This document shows positions 12,201 to 21,087 of a DNA stretch of 64,000 nucleotides, piece by piece. Under the pieces are notes generated by a model that was given only the letters and a program-made list of their open reading frames with translations, was not told the DNA's origin and did not search any database. The DNA comes from a virus (Duplodnaviria > Heunggongvirae > Uroviricota > Caudoviricetes). The translations under genes were made by a program, and so were the position numbers. Position 1 is the stretch's first letter. Each line of letters opens with the position of its first letter. The stretch lies in the IMG/VR virus record IMGVR_UViG_2839610755_000002. One strand, 5' to 3'.

Positions 12201-15147
12201 TCGTTTCCTGCCGGAGTATGCCGATGCGGTGCAGCAGCTGGCGGACAGTTTGCCTAAACAAGCCACCAGCGAAGACGACGACAGTGATGATTCAATCACG
12301 CAGCAATCGCAATACTCCCTGATAGATAAGGGCGAGTTTATTCAGTTGCAGGTTCCGGAAGCGTTCGAGCAGGAAGTGAATAAGCGCCTGGCCAGGTTTG
12401 GCATTGACGAACAGACCGTAACTCACCCCGTTACGCCCAAATACGCGAAGCTGATTGCCACGCTGAAGGAGTTTTTCCCGGAAGGTAAGCAAATCATCTT
12501 CACCGATGAAAAAACGCAGCACCAGAAGCTCAAGCGCATTATCTGCAATGCTCTTAACCTTGAACCTTCAAAGGTGGGGATCCTGAATGCTCAGACGGTT
12601 GCCGAGGCAGGTAAAACCGGTCAGAAACTGAAAGCTGTTAAACCGCCGAAAGAGCTACCGGATGAACCAACAGATGCGCAGATAGCGAAATACAACGAGC
12701 AAATGGCTCGGTATGACGCCTATATCGCGCAGCAAAATGAAATGTCGTTGGGCGGTCTGGAAAAGATTGCAGCCGACTTCCAGGAGGGCCGGACTCCGAT
12801 CATCATCTGCAACAAAAAGGCAGAGGTGGGTATCAACCTGCATCGAGGAACGACGGATATCCACCACCTGACGTTGCCGTGGACTCCAGCCAGCATCGCA
12901 CAACGTAACGGTCGCGGTGCACGAGTTGGCTCCAACCGTGCAAGCGTTCGCGTTCACTACTACTGCGGCAAGGGGTCTTTCGATGAATACCGACTGAAGA
13001 CGCTGAAGCGTAAAGCAGGCTGGATCTCCGATATCCTCCGTTCAGATAAGTCAGAAATGGAGAACGCCGACGCCAATGACATGATCGAAATGCAGATGTA
13101 TACCGCGAAGGATGACGGCGAACGTCTGGCAATGATGCAGGTTCAAATGGATAAGGCGAAAGCTGCGAAACGCGCTCGCCAGAAAGAACAGGCTACTATC
13201 GACCTTCAGAACTACATCAAGGCGCAGCACGCAGCTGGTGAGGATGTGGAGGTACTTACCGCTGAATTGGAGCGAAGCAAAGCGGAACTTGAAAAGACCA
13301 CCGCCGACGTCGCCAAATTCAAACAGGCGGTAATGGCCAAAGCAGCTGATAACGCAGACTGGAAAGCCCGCTGGGGTAGCGTCCATCACACAGACCGTAT
13401 GTTGTTAGCACAGTATCGCGCGTCGTTGAAAAGCGCCATTCAGCGCAAGGCTAATATCTCTCAGGCCATCTCCCGCTATGAGAAATTATTGAACCGTACT
13501 CAGAAGGCCGCGACGGATATCAAACGCCTGCGCCCGCTGGTGGAGGATGCAATAAATAAAGGCATTCTGGATGTTGATCCTGATCTGGTTAACCATGCGA
13601 ATGAGTTCCTTGTTATCGGCGATCGCTCATGGCGTGTAGGCCAATACTATGATTGTGCCGGTGATATCGTTCGCATTAAGTCGCTGGACTTCGACAGCCA
13701 GCGCGCAGACGTGGAGATCATCTTTACCTTCAAAGGTACCAAATCGGGTAACTGGGATGTGAAGACGCTGGATAAACAGGTTGATGTAACTCCCGATGAA
13801 GATGCTGTTATGCAGAAAATCAGTGGTGGCGTCTCCATCGCCGGGATTAACGACATCATTTCCTGTGACGATTTCTACCGTTTCCAGCAGCGCGGCATGA
13901 TCAAAATCACTGACTCATACGGCGTTCAGACTACAGAGTCAGGCTATAGCATTGATTTTGTTGGTACCTATACGTACCCACTGAAGCATGCGGTTTACCC
14001 GGATCGCCGTGACGGCGCGCTGAAGTCGTCAATTGCAAAATGGGTGCTTGGTATGATGTCGGAAGGGAATAACCGCCAGATCCGTTCGGCAGAAACATTC
14101 CTGGTTGAACTGTTTGGCTCCAATTATGGCGATGTAATCGCGTCATACGGAGATACGCTATCCCCTGAAGCAATTCAGGAGAAAATAGCGGATGCGATCG
14201 CCAGAATGCCGGAAAAAACAAACCAGGGGGCTACTCGTAACGGGGATTCTGAACTTGAGGTCACCAATGCTATTTTCGGTACCAATGAGTTCCGGGCGTC
14301 AGATTATGAGATCACCACAGCACAGTTTGGCACCATTGGCATTTACAGCAATAAAGACGAGATCAAGCAGGCAATGGACGCAGCAAGCGCGCGCATTGCA
14401 GCAGAACGGAAAGCCAATCTGAATCATGCAGTCGCCGCGCTGACTCAATCGTGGGTAACAGCAATCAGGGAGGCCGCCACCACAGGAAAAATCACACCGG
14501 CAATTGCGGATGTCGTAAACGACGGCTCTAAATTTATGGATGCCTATAAAATGGATGCGATGAAGTTGCCATCAGCCTATGGTCAACTCAGCTATCGCAT
14601 GACCTACAACCTGGTATCAATGTTTTCCGACCTTGCCATCCTTGGGCTGGTGGATCTTAACGAGGTTACGCCGGACTTGCTCAGCATGCGCAAGAATCAT
14701 GTGGAGATATTGCAGAGAATTAACACGGTTCTTGCCGGGCGCACCGATGAAGAGAAACAGGCCGACGCTGATCGGATAAACCTGGCCCTTGGCAACATCA
14801 CGGAGGAAGAAATTGCCGCCAGAAACGAGAAACAAGAAGAGTTATCATCAATACAGGGTGATGCCACCAGCATAGCTCAGTCTCTTGGTCTGAATTATCG
14901 CGTATCCACTGCCGACCTGAAGATGATGTACGCACCAAAATTCGCCGCTGGAGAGGTATTTGGGCTTCAGGAGGCGTCCGGCATGAAAGGCGTTCTTTTC
15001 CGTGCTAAAGACGCAATCAAGGAAAAATTCGGCGCTCGCTGGCTGCCAGCGAAGGCGAAGAACAGCGATTTCCCGGGTAACTGGTGGATTATCGAGACAA
15101 AACACAACGTGGCGGACGTTCTGGCCGTCATCCAACAATACGCATAA
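9235..15147 (+). CDS. darB: DarB-like protein, C-terminal fragment (SF2 helicase domain and long C-terminal region)
   Basis: Helicase motif I GFGTGLGKTTTALA and motif II VIADEGHNYRN; 1970 aa; frame is open back to 9193, overlapping the end of the upstream fragment. Confidence 0.75.
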   Translation: MDEGTLESANVLWPTFISGKWFEKDGRRFVHGTQEKGFQGRIEVRADGQIDNLALKAKLIHRFESRIDWSLLDMAEPSPTADVVDEGEMRLINGVWQKYAGGRWIEADAGKELKIDVASYGADSWEALQRNLTTTEGRLGMTFTQMANVRDKYTTSISDDMVQLVDWINSQPEKYRERLYRGAMIGRMLIEYQDMKAAGHSAEQIEQQRLSLVSRLQAEIDRFGNPGRGPIAKLSGSGARAWFAFRGAIKLDGTISDELTGKLVTHDSSASYDSTSYQDILRYLYSDLTRDPIQLDDFRLAFTGELPASDKELLNLLASTPGIAVSPYGGIVPFARATSGDINEIVAPKQEFLATLPDGPVKNNVLNQLAAIEEKRIKTPAENIRFKLNSRWFDRSVILEFLQENGYPDLRYVQSVQLEGDEMVSDTYHGGDGLFVGHRYGVVQRKDKETGEIRYEWDRKSGENATGFPAQLEKYLNGARIGGKDSATANGYREQMALLEDQFNKWLKTHDRYDELVAKYNDVFNSNIPYEHSGDPLGLKGLSGKRQPFDYQNSEVRRLSEDGRGILGFGTGLGKTTTALALEAFNYENGRSTRTAYVVPKAVLENWYYEAKEFLSEEAFSNYLFVGLDVLMDGDQIRQVPVLDENGKPVLGTDGTPVMRDALKLADEATITARMNAIPHSNYRAVVFTKEQYARIPLRDDTVDEHAQDMLYDFVAAGRVASAMDSDSHRKEAARRRVLSEYSDTGTEKAEKYPYFEDMGFDSVIADEGHNYRNSYKNGREASQLAYLPTSAVAQSARDMAIKNAYLMKKNGGRGPVLLTATPVVNTPIDAYNMLSHVLPKEYWQKMGIYGPDDFVKFFGKTRLETVQKISGEVEEKMALVGFENLDALRGIFHRWTTLKTAEDVKDTVEIPELDEHQQDAPLTEEQLAAYEELRQQAEAAAKANNGVTTSVNEDGVIEHEKARPIFSIIRDMDRVCTDMDLYYRRITYRFLPEYADAVQQLADSLPKQATSEDDDSDDSITQQSQYSLIDKGEFIQLQVPEAFEQEVNKRLARFGIDEQTVTHPVTPKYAKLIATLKEFFPEGKQIIFTDEKTQHQKLKRIICNALNLEPSKVGILNAQTVAEAGKTGQKLKAVKPPKELPDEPTDAQIAKYNEQMARYDAYIAQQNEMSLGGLEKIAADFQEGRTPIIICNKKAEVGINLHRGTTDIHHLTLPWTPASIAQRNGRGARVGSNRASVRVHYYCGKGSFDEYRLKTLKRKAGWISDILRSDKSEMENADANDMIEMQMYTAKDDGERLAMMQVQMDKAKAAKRARQKEQATIDLQNYIKAQHAAGEDVEVLTAELERSKAELEKTTADVAKFKQAVMAKAADNADWKARWGSVHHTDRMLLAQYRASLKSAIQRKANISQAISRYEKLLNRTQKAATDIKRLRPLVEDAINKGILDVDPDLVNHANEFLVIGDRSWRVGQYYDCAGDIVRIKSLDFDSQRADVEIIFTFKGTKSGNWDVKTLDKQVDVTPDEDAVMQKISGGVSIAGINDIISCDDFYRFQQRGMIKITDSYGVQTTESGYSIDFVGTYTYPLKHAVYPDRRDGALKSSIAKWVLGMMSEGNNRQIRSAETFLVELFGSNYGDVIASYGDTLSPEAIQEKIADAIARMPEKTNQGATRNGDSELEVTNAIFGTNEFRASDYEITTAQFGTIGIYSNKDEIKQAMDAASARIAAERKANLNHAVAALTQSWVTAIREAATTGKITPAIADVVNDGSKFMDAYKMDAMKLPSAYGQLSYRMTYNLVSMFSDLAILGLVDLNEVTPDLLSMRKNHVEILQRINTVLAGRTDEEKQADADRINLALGNITEEEIAARNEKQEELSSIQGDATSIAQSLGLNYRVSTADLKMMYAPKFAAGEVFGLQEASGMKGVLFRAKDAIKEKFGARWLPAKAKNSDFPGNWWIIETKHNVADVLAVIQQYA

Positions 15148-15180
15148 CAGGAGCGCCCGGTTCGCCGGGCGTCGCATAAT

Positions 15181-15621
15181 ATGGCCACACTATCTGATAC
15201 AATAAAACCGAATAAAACATATCTTGAGGCGGTACTCCGTACAGCGTTGTTAGGAAAGACAGAAGACGAATACGTTGATTTCTTCCTGTCAGGGCTACGC
15301 GGGCGATTACTGAAAAATCCCCGCCTGTACCGCAGCTATGGCCCATACTGGCCGGAAATTAAAAAATTATTACTGGAGCGCGGTTATGGTAATTTGGGTC
15401 GTCTCGTTGACCGTGACGTTCGCAAAATTTACCGTTATGACCGCCCGGCGCTGACGCTCATAGCTGCGACGCTCTACAGCCAGGAGCGTTTTGATAACGG
15501 TCAGATATACTCAGCCTGGCATTTATTGCCAGTGCCTGAAGAAGTTGACGACCAGGACTATGAGTTTGAGTCTTACGATTTGGAAGTTGAAGCCTTAGCA
15601 CAGGCTGGAGAGAAAACTTGA
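15181..15621 (+). CDS. ulx: Ulx-like protein
   Basis: 146-aa ORF directly downstream of darB and upstream of the lxc-like ORF (4-nt overlap); name by P1 synteny only. Confidence 0.5.
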   Translation: MATLSDTIKPNKTYLEAVLRTALLGKTEDEYVDFFLSGLRGRLLKNPRLYRSYGPYWPEIKKLLLERGYGNLGRLVDRDVRKIYRYDRPALTLIAATLYSQERFDNGQIYSAWHLLPVPEEVDDQDYEFESYDLEVEALAQAGEKT

Positions 15622-15866
15622 AAAAGCGATACTACACAGTAAAGCATGGGACGCTACGAGCATTACAAGAGTTTGCTGATAAGCATAACGTTGAGGTGCG
15701 CAGGGAAGGGGGAAGTAAAGCTCTGCGCATGTACCGTCCGGACGGGAAATGGCGTACGGTCGTCGATTTCAAAACTAACAGCGTTCCCCAGGGCGTCCGC
15801 GACCGGGCATTCGAAGAATGGGAGCAGATCATCATAGATAACGCATTGCTCCTGAATGCTGATTGA
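15618..15866 (+). CDS. lxc: Lxc-like small protein (C1 corepressor in P1)
   Basis: 82-aa ORF translationally coupled to the ulx-like gene; name by synteny and size. Confidence 0.5.
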   Translation: MKKRYYTVKHGTLRALQEFADKHNVEVRREGGSKALRMYRPDGKWRTVVDFKTNSVPQGVRDRAFEEWEQIIIDNALLLNAD

Positions 15867-15927
15867 TTTCCTGTTAGGTCACTTTATTTTTTAGAGTGGC
15901 CTAAATTACTCTTAATGAGGATGTGAT

Positions 15928-16878
15928 ATGAATGTTTTTATTGATACAAATCTATATTTAGAATTTTACAGGATGGGTAGAGATAAACTAGATGAGCTGG
16001 ATAAAGTATTTGCCTTACATCAATATGGTCGTTTAAAACTTTGGTTACCAGAGCTTTTAGTGAATGAGTTCTGGAGAAATCGTTCTAAAGTTCTCTCTGA
16101 AACCATAAAGGAAATAACAAAAGATTATAAGCCCGCGCTTCCCCAGATTTTTAGGCAACATGAAAAGCATTCACAATTTAATGATAAGGTTATAGAAGCA
16201 GGTAGGTTAAAGAATGAAATTATTACAGATATCCAGAAATTGTTTAAAGAGGAGGCTTTGGCTGCCGATATTGTAATTAAAAGGATTTTTGATGCAGCAT
16301 CTAAAATAGAGGCTGATGATGAAACAATAGATAAGGGGAAACTTCGATTTGATCTTGGAAACCCGCCAGGCAAAAATAAATCATATGGTGACGCAGTTAA
16401 TTGGGAATGTTTGCTAAAAGCGATACCAGACGGTGAGGATATATATATCATAACTGAAGATGGTGATTATAAAAGTGCCTTTATAAAGGATGATATGAAT
16501 GAATATTTGAAGCATGAGTGGAAAAAAAAGAAAAATTCAGAACCACATATCTATTCCCGCTTATCAGAGTTTATAGGCGAGCACTTTCCTCAAGCTAGTA
16601 ACTTGGTGGAAATGGAAGTTAATCTCACTATAGATGAATTACGACACTCTGGCAGTTTTGCTACAACACATCGAGTTGTAGCAAAATTATTAAAGCTCAC
16701 TCACTTTACACAAGAGCAAATCCTAAAAATAATTGATATTTATTTTGAAAATGATCAGGTTGGTTACATCAAAGATGATGATGATGTGAAACTTCTTGCC
16801 AGAAGACTAATATCATTAGGTGACGAGGATAAAGATCCTGAAGGGATGCTGGAGACATTCCGTGTATTTATTGATTAG
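15928..16878 (+). CDS. PIN-like nuclease-domain protein, AT-rich cargo gene at the P1 res-mod position
   Basis: ATG with GAGGA RBS; N-terminus MNVFIDTN plus spaced acidic residues (LVNEFW, GDAVNW, TEDGDY) fit a PIN-like fold; first 60 nt are about 23% GC (counted by hand), versus GC-richer flanking backbone by eye. Confidence 0.8.
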   Translation: MNVFIDTNLYLEFYRMGRDKLDELDKVFALHQYGRLKLWLPELLVNEFWRNRSKVLSETIKEITKDYKPALPQIFRQHEKHSQFNDKVIEAGRLKNEIITDIQKLFKEEALAADIVIKRIFDAASKIEADDETIDKGKLRFDLGNPPGKNKSYGDAVNWECLLKAIPDGEDIYIITEDGDYKSAFIKDDMNEYLKHEWKKKKNSEPHIYSRLSEFIGEHFPQASNLVEMEVNLTIDELRHSGSFATTHRVVAKLLKLTHFTQEQILKIIDIYFENDQVGYIKDDDDVKLLARRLISLGDEDKDPEGMLETFRVFID

Positions 16879-16884
16879 TATAAT

Positions 16885-16903
16885 GGGCGCATAGTTAGCG
16901 CCC
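16885..16903. terminator. hairpin between convergent PIN-like gene and mat-like gene
   Basis: GGGCGC-ATAGTTA-GCGCCC; weak T tract on either side. Confidence 0.45.
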
Positions 16904-16910
16904 AATAAGT

Positions 16911-17552
16911 TTAAAGATAATTATCTTTACCAGTTAATGAACCTTTAGGCACTTTCCGCGCGGCAATTTCATGAGTAGCTTGAATTATATTCACTAGGGG
17001 ACTTAGTAACGACGTATCCTGATTGGCCTCAACTTCTCCAGCCATTGCCCTGATGTAGTCGGCGCTGGCAACGTTGTTGTATTCCGTCGCAAAGCAACAT
17101 AGTAACGTCAGAACATGTTCTGTCGTTATTTCGCTCCAGTTGATGTTGAAAAATTCATCGCCTTTTTTATCGTGTTCGGAATCGAAGATGCTTTTGTGAA
17201 GGATGTATTTGCCGGATTCCTTGCGCGGTAACTTGATTGCTTTCTGGCGTTCCAGCTCCTTATAAATCTGCATTGCCTCAATTAGTACCGGCCTGCTGTT
17301 CATGAAGGGATCGCGCAACCTTACACGCTGGCCAACTCGACCAGTAATAAAGCTGTTTTCCTCTTCCACCAGCACGATAAAACCCTTTTCCTCTTTTTCT
17401 CGCAATTCGCGCAGCAGCTGGAGTTCCATATCGCGGCGGCGTTCAGGGTAGCTGGTCCGCTCAGCCATTATCAGCTCGTTATTGATCCATGCAGCAGTCA
17501 TTGACGCCGGTTTGCCGACGCTCATCGAAACAACGCATATTTTCTTATCCAT
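16911..17552 (-). CDS. mat: Mat-like protein
   Basis: Start set at MDKKICVV with GGGGG RBS (214 aa); position next to ref matches P1 cre-cra-ref-mat. Confidence 0.45.
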   Translation of the reverse strand: MDKKICVVSMSVGKPASMTAAWINNELIMAERTSYPERRRDMELQLLRELREKEEKGFIVLVEEENSFITGRVGQRVRLRDPFMNSRPVLIEAMQIYKELERQKAIKLPRKESGKYILHKSIFDSEHDKKGDEFFNINWSEITTEHVLTLLCCFATEYNNVASADYIRAMAGEVEANQDTSLLSPLVNIIQATHEIAARKVPKGSLTGKDNYL

Positions 17553-17733
17553 AGCGCCCCCTACAAAAAAGAAAAGCCACCAGCGGCGGCTTAGCAATAC
17601 AACTGAAGGTAGCGCCCGGTACTCAGACTGTGCCGTCCATGGAATATTTGAAAAGGGATCCATCCGTACCGGGCGTGTGATGATTCTGACTGAAGTCACT
17701 TGTCAGTTGTCAATCATTTATCATTAAAAATAA

Positions 17734-17750
17734 TATATTTATTAGTGCAT
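17734..17750 (-). promoter_or_regulatory. C1 operator-like site upstream of mat
   Basis: Minus strand reads ATGCACTAATAAATATA; overlaps ref stop codon. Confidence 0.5.
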
Positions 17751-18302
17751 GATGTTTGCCATCTCATAGGCGTCAGCCAGTAACTCCATCTCTGACTTGT
17801 TCAGCAGGGTGAATTCTTTCTTGCCTCCAACCACACCATCGGCATGAACAGGGACCAGCCAGGGGTATTTTGCTCTTACTTCAGCCGGTGCTGCATGCTG
17901 GTGGTGCCATCTACAAAGTGGCAATTGCTTTTTATGACAACCCGGCGCGGTACGACCGGCGATATGGTGCAGAGACACCTCATTAGATATTACTCCATGC
18001 ATATAGCAGGCAATGCAGGGGAGAGCGCCAAGAGCATTGGCGATGCGCCGTTCCTCCGCCGTTGGTGTTCTCCCCTTCAAGCCACGAGATTTTATTTTTA
18101 CCGCGCTTTTCCGCGTTTTGCTAGCTGGTGGGCGCTCTTTCTGTTTAGCGATACGGCGGTCGATAGTATCCCGCATTTTCTGATATTGAAATTCTCGCCA
18201 GACCGGATCAGCCAACTTCTCCCGTTGCCGAGCGATCGCTCGTTCTCTGGCTGCCTTCTGCCACTTGCGGCACTGTTCAATTTTTTGTTCGATTGTTTTC
18301 AT
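17742..18302 (-). CDS. ref: Ref, HNH-family endonuclease (recombination enhancement function)
   Basis: 186 aa; Cys/His HNH-type motifs (CIACYMHG...LHHIAGR...CRWHH); matches P1 Ref as I recall it. Confidence 0.9.
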   Translation of the reverse strand: MKTIEQKIEQCRKWQKAARERAIARQREKLADPVWREFQYQKMRDTIDRRIAKQKERPPASKTRKSAVKIKSRGLKGRTPTAEERRIANALGALPCIACYMHGVISNEVSLHHIAGRTAPGCHKKQLPLCRWHHQHAAPAEVRAKYPWLVPVHADGVVGGKKEFTLLNKSEMELLADAYEMANIMH

Positions 18303-18308
18303 ATGGTC

Positions 18309-18334
18309 AAAAAAAAGGCGGCCTAATGGCCGCC
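18309..18334 (-). terminator. terminator-like hairpin plus U8 immediately upstream of ref start
   Basis: Minus strand: GGCGGCC-ATTA-GGCCGCC then TTTTTTTT, 6 nt before the ref ATG. Confidence 0.5.
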
Positions 18335-18401
18335 AATGATGTCAAGGAGTGAAGTAATGGCAACGTCTTCGTAGTTGACAAAAACTGCGGCTCAATTATA
18401 T

Positions 18402-18418
18402 CAATTAATTAGAGCAAT
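18402..18418 (-). promoter_or_regulatory. C1 operator upstream of ref
   Basis: Minus strand reads ATTGCTCTAATTAATTG; ref is a known C1-controlled gene in P1. Confidence 0.65.
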
Positions 18419-18549
18419 GATAGATATTTTATTTATCGTGAGTCACATTTTTTCACTTCAGTATCTGTCTGCTATACTCCTTCTTGATTGATTGGATGCG
18501 GAATACAAACCCGCTCTTTTGTGCAGCCTGGCTCCTTGCCAGGCTTTTT

Positions 18550-18861
18550 TTATTTCATCATGGAAGCTGTTAATGCTTTGGACCTTGCTGAACTGATTGA
18601 AAGGACATTGTTAACCTTACCCAAGAGTTCGCCAAACTCAGACATCACTTTAGCAAAACCTCGCCGTGCTTCTTCCTCGGTAGCATTCATCACGAAATGT
18701 TCAGCACTACGCATACTTTTGACAGGAAACGCAACGGATATTGAGTCAATATCAGGCATTCTATCGCTCAGCTTTACAGTGACAATGACGGCTGGCGACT
18801 GAATATTAGTGCTTACAGACAGCACTACATATTTTCCGTCGATGTTGAAATCCTTTCTCAT
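18550..18861 (-). CDS. cra: Cra-like protein
   Basis: 103-aa ORF between cre and ref on the same strand; name by P1 synteny. Confidence 0.5.
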   Translation of the reverse strand: MRKDFNIDGKYVVLSVSTNIQSPAVIVTVKLSDRMPDIDSISVAFPVKSMRSAEHFVMNATEEEARRGFAKVMSEFGELLGKVNNVLSISSARSKALTASMMK

Positions 18862-18877
18862 ATGCCACCATAAATAT

Positions 18878-18894
18878 CAAATAATTAGAGCAAT
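18878..18894 (-). promoter_or_regulatory. C1 operator-like site between cre and cra
   Basis: Minus strand reads ATTGCTCTAATTATTTG. Confidence 0.55.
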
Positions 18895-18911
18895 TTATTA
18901 TACATTGACGG

Positions 18912-19943
18912 CTAATCACCATCTTCCAGCAGGCGCACCATTGCCCCCGTTTCACTATCCAGATTACGGATATAGTTCATGACAATATTTACGTTGGTCC
19001 AGCCACCAGCTTGCATGATCTCCGGTATTGAAACTCCGGCGCGGGCCATATCTCGCGCGGCTCCGACACGGGCACTGTGTCCAGACCAGGCCAGGTACCT
19101 CTGACCAGAGTCATCCTTAGCCCCGTAAATCAATCGGTGAGTTGCTTCAAAAATCCCTTCCAGGGCGCGAGTTGATAGCTGGCTGGTGGATGATGGCGAG
19201 GCAACACCATTTTTTCTGACCCGGCAAAACAAGTAGTTATTCGGATCATCAGCCACACCAGAGACAGAAATCCATCGCTCGACCAGTTTAGTTACCCCCA
19301 GGCTAAGTGCCTTCTCTACACCTGCGGTGCTAACCAGCGTTTTCGTTCTGCCAATATGGATTAACATTCTCCCACCGTCAGTACGTGAGATATCTTTAAC
19401 CCTGATCCTGGCAATTTCGGCTATACGTAACAGGGTGTTATAAGCAATCCCCAGAAATGCCAGATTACGTATATCCTGGCAGCGATCGCTATTTTCCATG
19501 AGTGAACGAACCTGGTCGAAATCAGTGCGTTCGAACGCTAGTGCCTGTTTTGCACGTTCACCGGCATCAACGTTTTCTTTTCGGATCCGCCGCATGACCA
19601 GTGAAACAGCGTTGCTGTCACTTGGTCGTGGCAGCCCGGACCGCCGATGAAGCATGTTTAGCTGGCCCAAATGTTGCTGGATAGTTTTTACTGCCAGACC
19701 GCGCGCCTGAAGATATAGAAGATAATCGCGAACATCTTCAGGTTCTGCGGGAAACCATTTCCGGTTATTCAACTTGCACCAAGCCGCCCATGACCGGCAA
19801 ACGGACAGAAGCATTTTCCAGGTATGCTCAGAAAACGCCTGGCGATCCCTGAACATATCCATCAGGTTCTTGCGAACCTCATCACTCGTTGCCTCGACCG
19901 GCAATGCAGGCAAATTTTGGTGTACGGTCAGTAAATTGGACAT
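18912..19943 (-). CDS. cre: Cre tyrosine recombinase
   Basis: 343 aa beginning MSNLLTVHQNLPALP; matches Cre throughout as I recall it, including the C-terminal catalytic region. Confidence 0.97.
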   Translation of the reverse strand: MSNLLTVHQNLPALPVEATSDEVRKNLMDMFRDRQAFSEHTWKMLLSVCRSWAAWCKLNNRKWFPAEPEDVRDYLLYLQARGLAVKTIQQHLGQLNMLHRRSGLPRPSDSNAVSLVMRRIRKENVDAGERAKQALAFERTDFDQVRSLMENSDRCQDIRNLAFLGIAYNTLLRIAEIARIRVKDISRTDGGRMLIHIGRTKTLVSTAGVEKALSLGVTKLVERWISVSGVADDPNNYLFCRVRKNGVASPSSTSQLSTRALEGIFEATHRLIYGAKDDSGQRYLAWSGHSARVGAARDMARAGVSIPEIMQAGGWTNVNIVMNYIRNLDSETGAMVRLLEDGD

Positions 19944-20352
19944 TTGACACTCAGATAATGGTTTTAAGTAAAGTGTACAGGATCGGCTCTGCCTTTACCT
20001 GTTTATGATTCTCGTCATAGAAACGCCAACGACCGCGACTGCGTTCTATCTTTTCTTCACCGCGCGATAATGACAGTTGACAACTATCACGATCAAACCC
20101 TTTTGCCCGCCAGTAACCACGATTTTTCTCAAGCTCAAGATGAGTGGACCTTTAGCAGCTGAATATCCCATTTTTCACCTCTGATTGATTGGTGGTGCTA
20201 AGTGCGCTACGCGAAATCTGGAGCACTAACACTGCCAACATTTCGCAGATTTTACGTAGCGCAACCTTGATCAAATGATCACTATTTGACCTGATAAGGT
20301 ATTGAACTGTATGGATTTACAGGTAAATTAATCATGTTCAATAACCCTTAAG

Positions 20353-20386
20353 ATAACTTCGTATAATGTATGCTATACGAAGTTAT
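20353..20386. other. loxP: loxP recombination site
   Basis: Exact 34-bp ATAACTTCGTATA-ATGTATGC-TATACGAAGTTAT, about 410 bp upstream of cre. Confidence 0.97.
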
Positions 20387-20430
20387 CAGATCCGAAGAGG
20401 AGTTTACGTCCAGCTGCGCACAAAAATCAA

Positions 20431-20446
20431 GAATTATTAGAGCAAT
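20431..20446 (-). promoter_or_regulatory. C1 operator-like site in immC region
   Basis: Minus strand reads ATTGCTCTAATAATTC. Confidence 0.55.
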
Positions 20447-20512
20447 AAATTTAGAGAGAAAAATCCCACTCCACCAGCTAAAAACTGGATTGTTTTTCAT
20501 AGTTGTTTGACA

Positions 20513-20529
20513 ATTGCTCTAATAAATTA
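20513..20529 (+). promoter_or_regulatory. C1 operator (Op99-like) upstream of coi/c1
   Basis: ATTGCTCTAATAAATTA, 16/17 to consensus. Confidence 0.65.
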
Positions 20530-20767
20530 TAGTTTTGCCGTCGTTACGTAATACGACTTTGGATTCACTATTTAATGTGTCTTCAGCGTTGTAGAGCGGC
20601 TCAGAAGGAAATGAGCAAACAGGGAAACCTTATACAACGGCATTACAGCTATGCATTGCTCATCTTACACACAGCGCAATGTTGTTAGATTACCCCAGCA
20701 TGGATCATGGGTGAAACAGTAGGTCAGAGCTTCAGGCTCTGTGTTGTCAATACAGTGAGGCATAATT

Positions 20768-20977
20768 ATGGCTTTCATTCAACCAACCATCGACGACGTT
20801 AGACATTGCTCTAACGCTTTATCTGTAGACCCTGCCGAAACCGACGCTGCCCGCGCCATTGCTGAACACTACTCAAAGATATCCAATCAGGAGTACCGCA
20901 TCACCCAAGACGACCTGGATGACCTCACTGACACAATCGAATATCTCATGGCAACTAACCAGTTAGACTCACAATAA
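20768..20977 (+). CDS. coi: Coi, C1 inactivator
   Basis: 69-aa ORF immediately upstream of c1; size and position as in P1. Confidence 0.85.
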   Translation: MAFIQPTIDDVRHCSNALSVDPAETDAARAIAEHYSKISNQEYRITQDDLDDLTDTIEYLMATNQLDSQ

Positions 20978-20994
20978 ATGCACTAATAAATCTA
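20978..20994 (+). promoter_or_regulatory. operator-like variant between coi and c1
   Basis: ATGCACTAATAAATCTA (variant core GCACTAATAAAT). Confidence 0.4.
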
Positions 20995-21087
20995 TTATTT
21001 TTGTTTGATCCCTCTATAATATAGGTCAGTAATGACCGGTTTTCTCAGCCGGGCGTTATTGACCATGTCAATTCTGGAGGAGGATCA

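Noticed and set aside
9799-13389. Many minus-strand ORFs of 60-177 aa embedded within darB
   Set aside because: They lie antisense inside a long ORF with clear methyltransferase and helicase motifs, and have no RBS or recognisable motif.
8379-15147. Treating the two darB ORFs as two independent genes
   Set aside because: The frames meet at a single C6 homopolymer and together reconstitute a DarB-length methyltransferase-helicase; a frameshift or indel explains it better.
15867-16910. Type III restriction-modification genes (res/mod) at the expected P1 position
   Set aside because: Looked for methyltransferase or helicase-nuclease motifs between mat and lxc; the interval is about 1 kb and holds only the PIN-like gene. 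The methyltransferase motifs in the window belong to darB and dmt.
18912-20386. Integrase plus attP integration module
   Set aside because: The only tyrosine recombinase is Cre with an exact loxP, the P1 plasmid resolution and cyclisation system; no other integrase or att-like tRNA-flanking repeat was seen in the window.
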